In this document: piece after piece, positions 62,237 to 64,000 of the stretch
Numbering within the stretch: position 1 is the stretch's first letter
Layout: every line of letters begins with the position of its first letter
Assembly: GCA_964016885.1 (NCBI GenBank)
Contig: OZ024750.1
Location: forward strand, 18,352,001 to 18,416,000
DNA: 64,000 nt
Source: Eledone cirrhosa
Lineage: Eukaryota
Direction of reading: 5' to 3'
Position numbers and translations under genes: made by a program
Notes under the pieces: generated by a model
Database searches by the model: none
What the model saw: only the letters and a program-made list of their open reading frames with translations
Told to the model about the DNA's origin: nothing

Positions 62237-62986
62237 AAGCTTGTACTATATGTAAATAAGCTTTCAATGAAAATAGTATGTTTATGAAATCTATATAAGA
62301 GAATACTGTTTCACAATTCTATAGCAAGTAAGTGATGCTCTCCTCTGCAGGTTGTATCCCTCTTCAAATCCCTTTCATTTCTTGTTCAAACTAGTTTTGT
62401 ACTTCCCCTGATCACCTTCATGTATTCTTTGATGTCATCCTTACATCTCTTGTCTGTTTGCTATTTTTTTCCATTCCTCTAAGAGAATCTAATCCATAGT
62501 TCTTTTCCTCTCTTGTCCATTACTATTCTTCGATGTCACTCTTCAATCTCTTTGGTCTCTGCCTCTTTCTTCTCATGGAATCCACTGCTTTATTTCCTCC
62601 ATCTATCGTCATCTCTCCTGGTTAAATGTCCTTCTCATCGCCACTATACTTTGATGTCATCCCTTCATTTCTTCTTCATCTGTCTGTCTCTCAATCTTCT
62701 TCAAGATATAACAGTCCATTGTTAGACACAGTGCCAGATTTACCATTGTGCTTAAGGACAGAGCTCCATCTTCCTGCCAAAAAAAAAAATGTTATCCCCT
62801 TCAGGGCCTCATAACTTAACTAGCACAGGGCCTCATTTGTCCTAAATTCAGCACTGGTTAGACATATGTGTCTTCAAGCCTCTTTTGATTCCTCCCTGTT
62901 CAAACTAGTCTAGCATCCTCTCCTGATCCCTTTCATGTGTTTTTGATATCATTCCTTCATCTCTCCTTCTCTTTGTCTACCCTTAA

Positions 62987-63210
62987 CCCTTTAGCATTTA
63001 CGTTACTCTATATTTACTATTGTATTTTCATGGAAAGGGTTTTACCTCATATAATTAATTATCTTACACAATATCGAATCTATGAGATTTTGATATTATT
63101 TATTTGAAAACAATACCTTAACATCAGTATGAGAGGCCAGTTACAACTGGTTTAAACTGAAAGAGGTGAGAGAATTCTGGCCAGATACGGCCGGTTTAAA
63201 TGCTAAAGGG
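62987..63210. mobile_element. piggyBac-type MITE family P1, best-preserved copy
   Basis: TTAA 62983-62986 and 63211-63214; perfect 14-bp TIR CCCTTTAGCATTTA / TAAATGCTAAAGGG. Confidence 0.95.
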
Positions 63211-64000
63211 TTAAATCTCTGTCCATCATGCAGAATCCCCTCACTCTATGGTACATTTATTTCAATACAAATGGTCTCAAACCAAGTCACTTGCCAAACA
63301 AGTGATTGAATATCTTTCAATGAGCTACTGTTGTTTATGTTCTTTTTCTCAGACTGGCTCCATAGGTTTGGCTTACACTGGATTACTCTGGGTAAGCCTG
63401 CTTATTTTATTTTTTGAAGAAAAATACATTCATTGTTTAAATACCACCAGCAACACATACTAAACAATTATGAGTAATGCAGTGAGTAACATTTTTCACA
63501 GGGTGATTATGCCCCACCCATATACGGTCATAGGTTCCACATACCCCATACAGTATAGTGGTTTATTTTAATGTTATATTTATCATTTCATCATATTATT
63601 ATGTAAGAACCTTTATTAAGTTATGTTCCAAACACCAGATTATATTACTAAATCCCTCCAAATTCTTGATTATTTGAAAACCATAAGCAATATCTTTCAT
63701 TAGAAATAAGGTAATGAAAGGGTTAAAGGGTTTATATTTATCTAAGTCCTTCCATCAATAAAAGGGTTAGTACAGGGAAAGAAATTACACTTCAAGTTTA
63801 ACTGTTTTTTAAAATAAATTATTGGTTTTGTTTAGTTTGAAATTTGATTTAATAAAGTACAAAGTGTTAGTGCTGGTGCCATGATAGATTGCACCAAATA
63901 CACTCTTTGAAGTCATAATGTTGGGGGCTATGATAAAGTGCATCAATGCATAAGAGTCAGTGATAGGGCTATGATAAAATGCACCCAGTACACTCTGTAA

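Overview
Eukaryotic, AT-rich, repeat-saturated DNA, most likely from an octopod cephalopod (inferred from the tRNA-derived SINE repertoire, RTE-clade LINE debris and very dense (TA)n/(CA)n/(CAT)n microsatellites). No intact cellular protein-coding gene is recognisable; almost all listed ORFs are microsatellite artefacts, and the only recognisable protein sequence is decayed RTE-clade LINE. The window holds about 18 copies of one young SINE (several with clear TSDs), many CORE-type SINEs with interchangeable tails, two piggyBac-type (TTAA) MITE groups, single Tc/pogo-, hAT- and Mutator-like MITEs, Penelope-like remnants and several minisatellites. Most worth follow-up: (i) a duplicated long hairpin at 40.3/41.1 kb enclosing a hammerhead-ribozyme-like core, plus several Penelope-type hammerhead fragments; (ii) a by-eye CpG-poor/CpG-retaining/CpG-poor domain pattern with well-formed splice sites around non-coding exons, suggesting unannotated spliced transcripts; (iii) a CTCF/YY1/CCAAT motif cluster at 37.1 kb; (iv) a nested inverted duplication at 50.2-52.1 kb. 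All alignments, folds and boundaries were judged by eye and are approximate.
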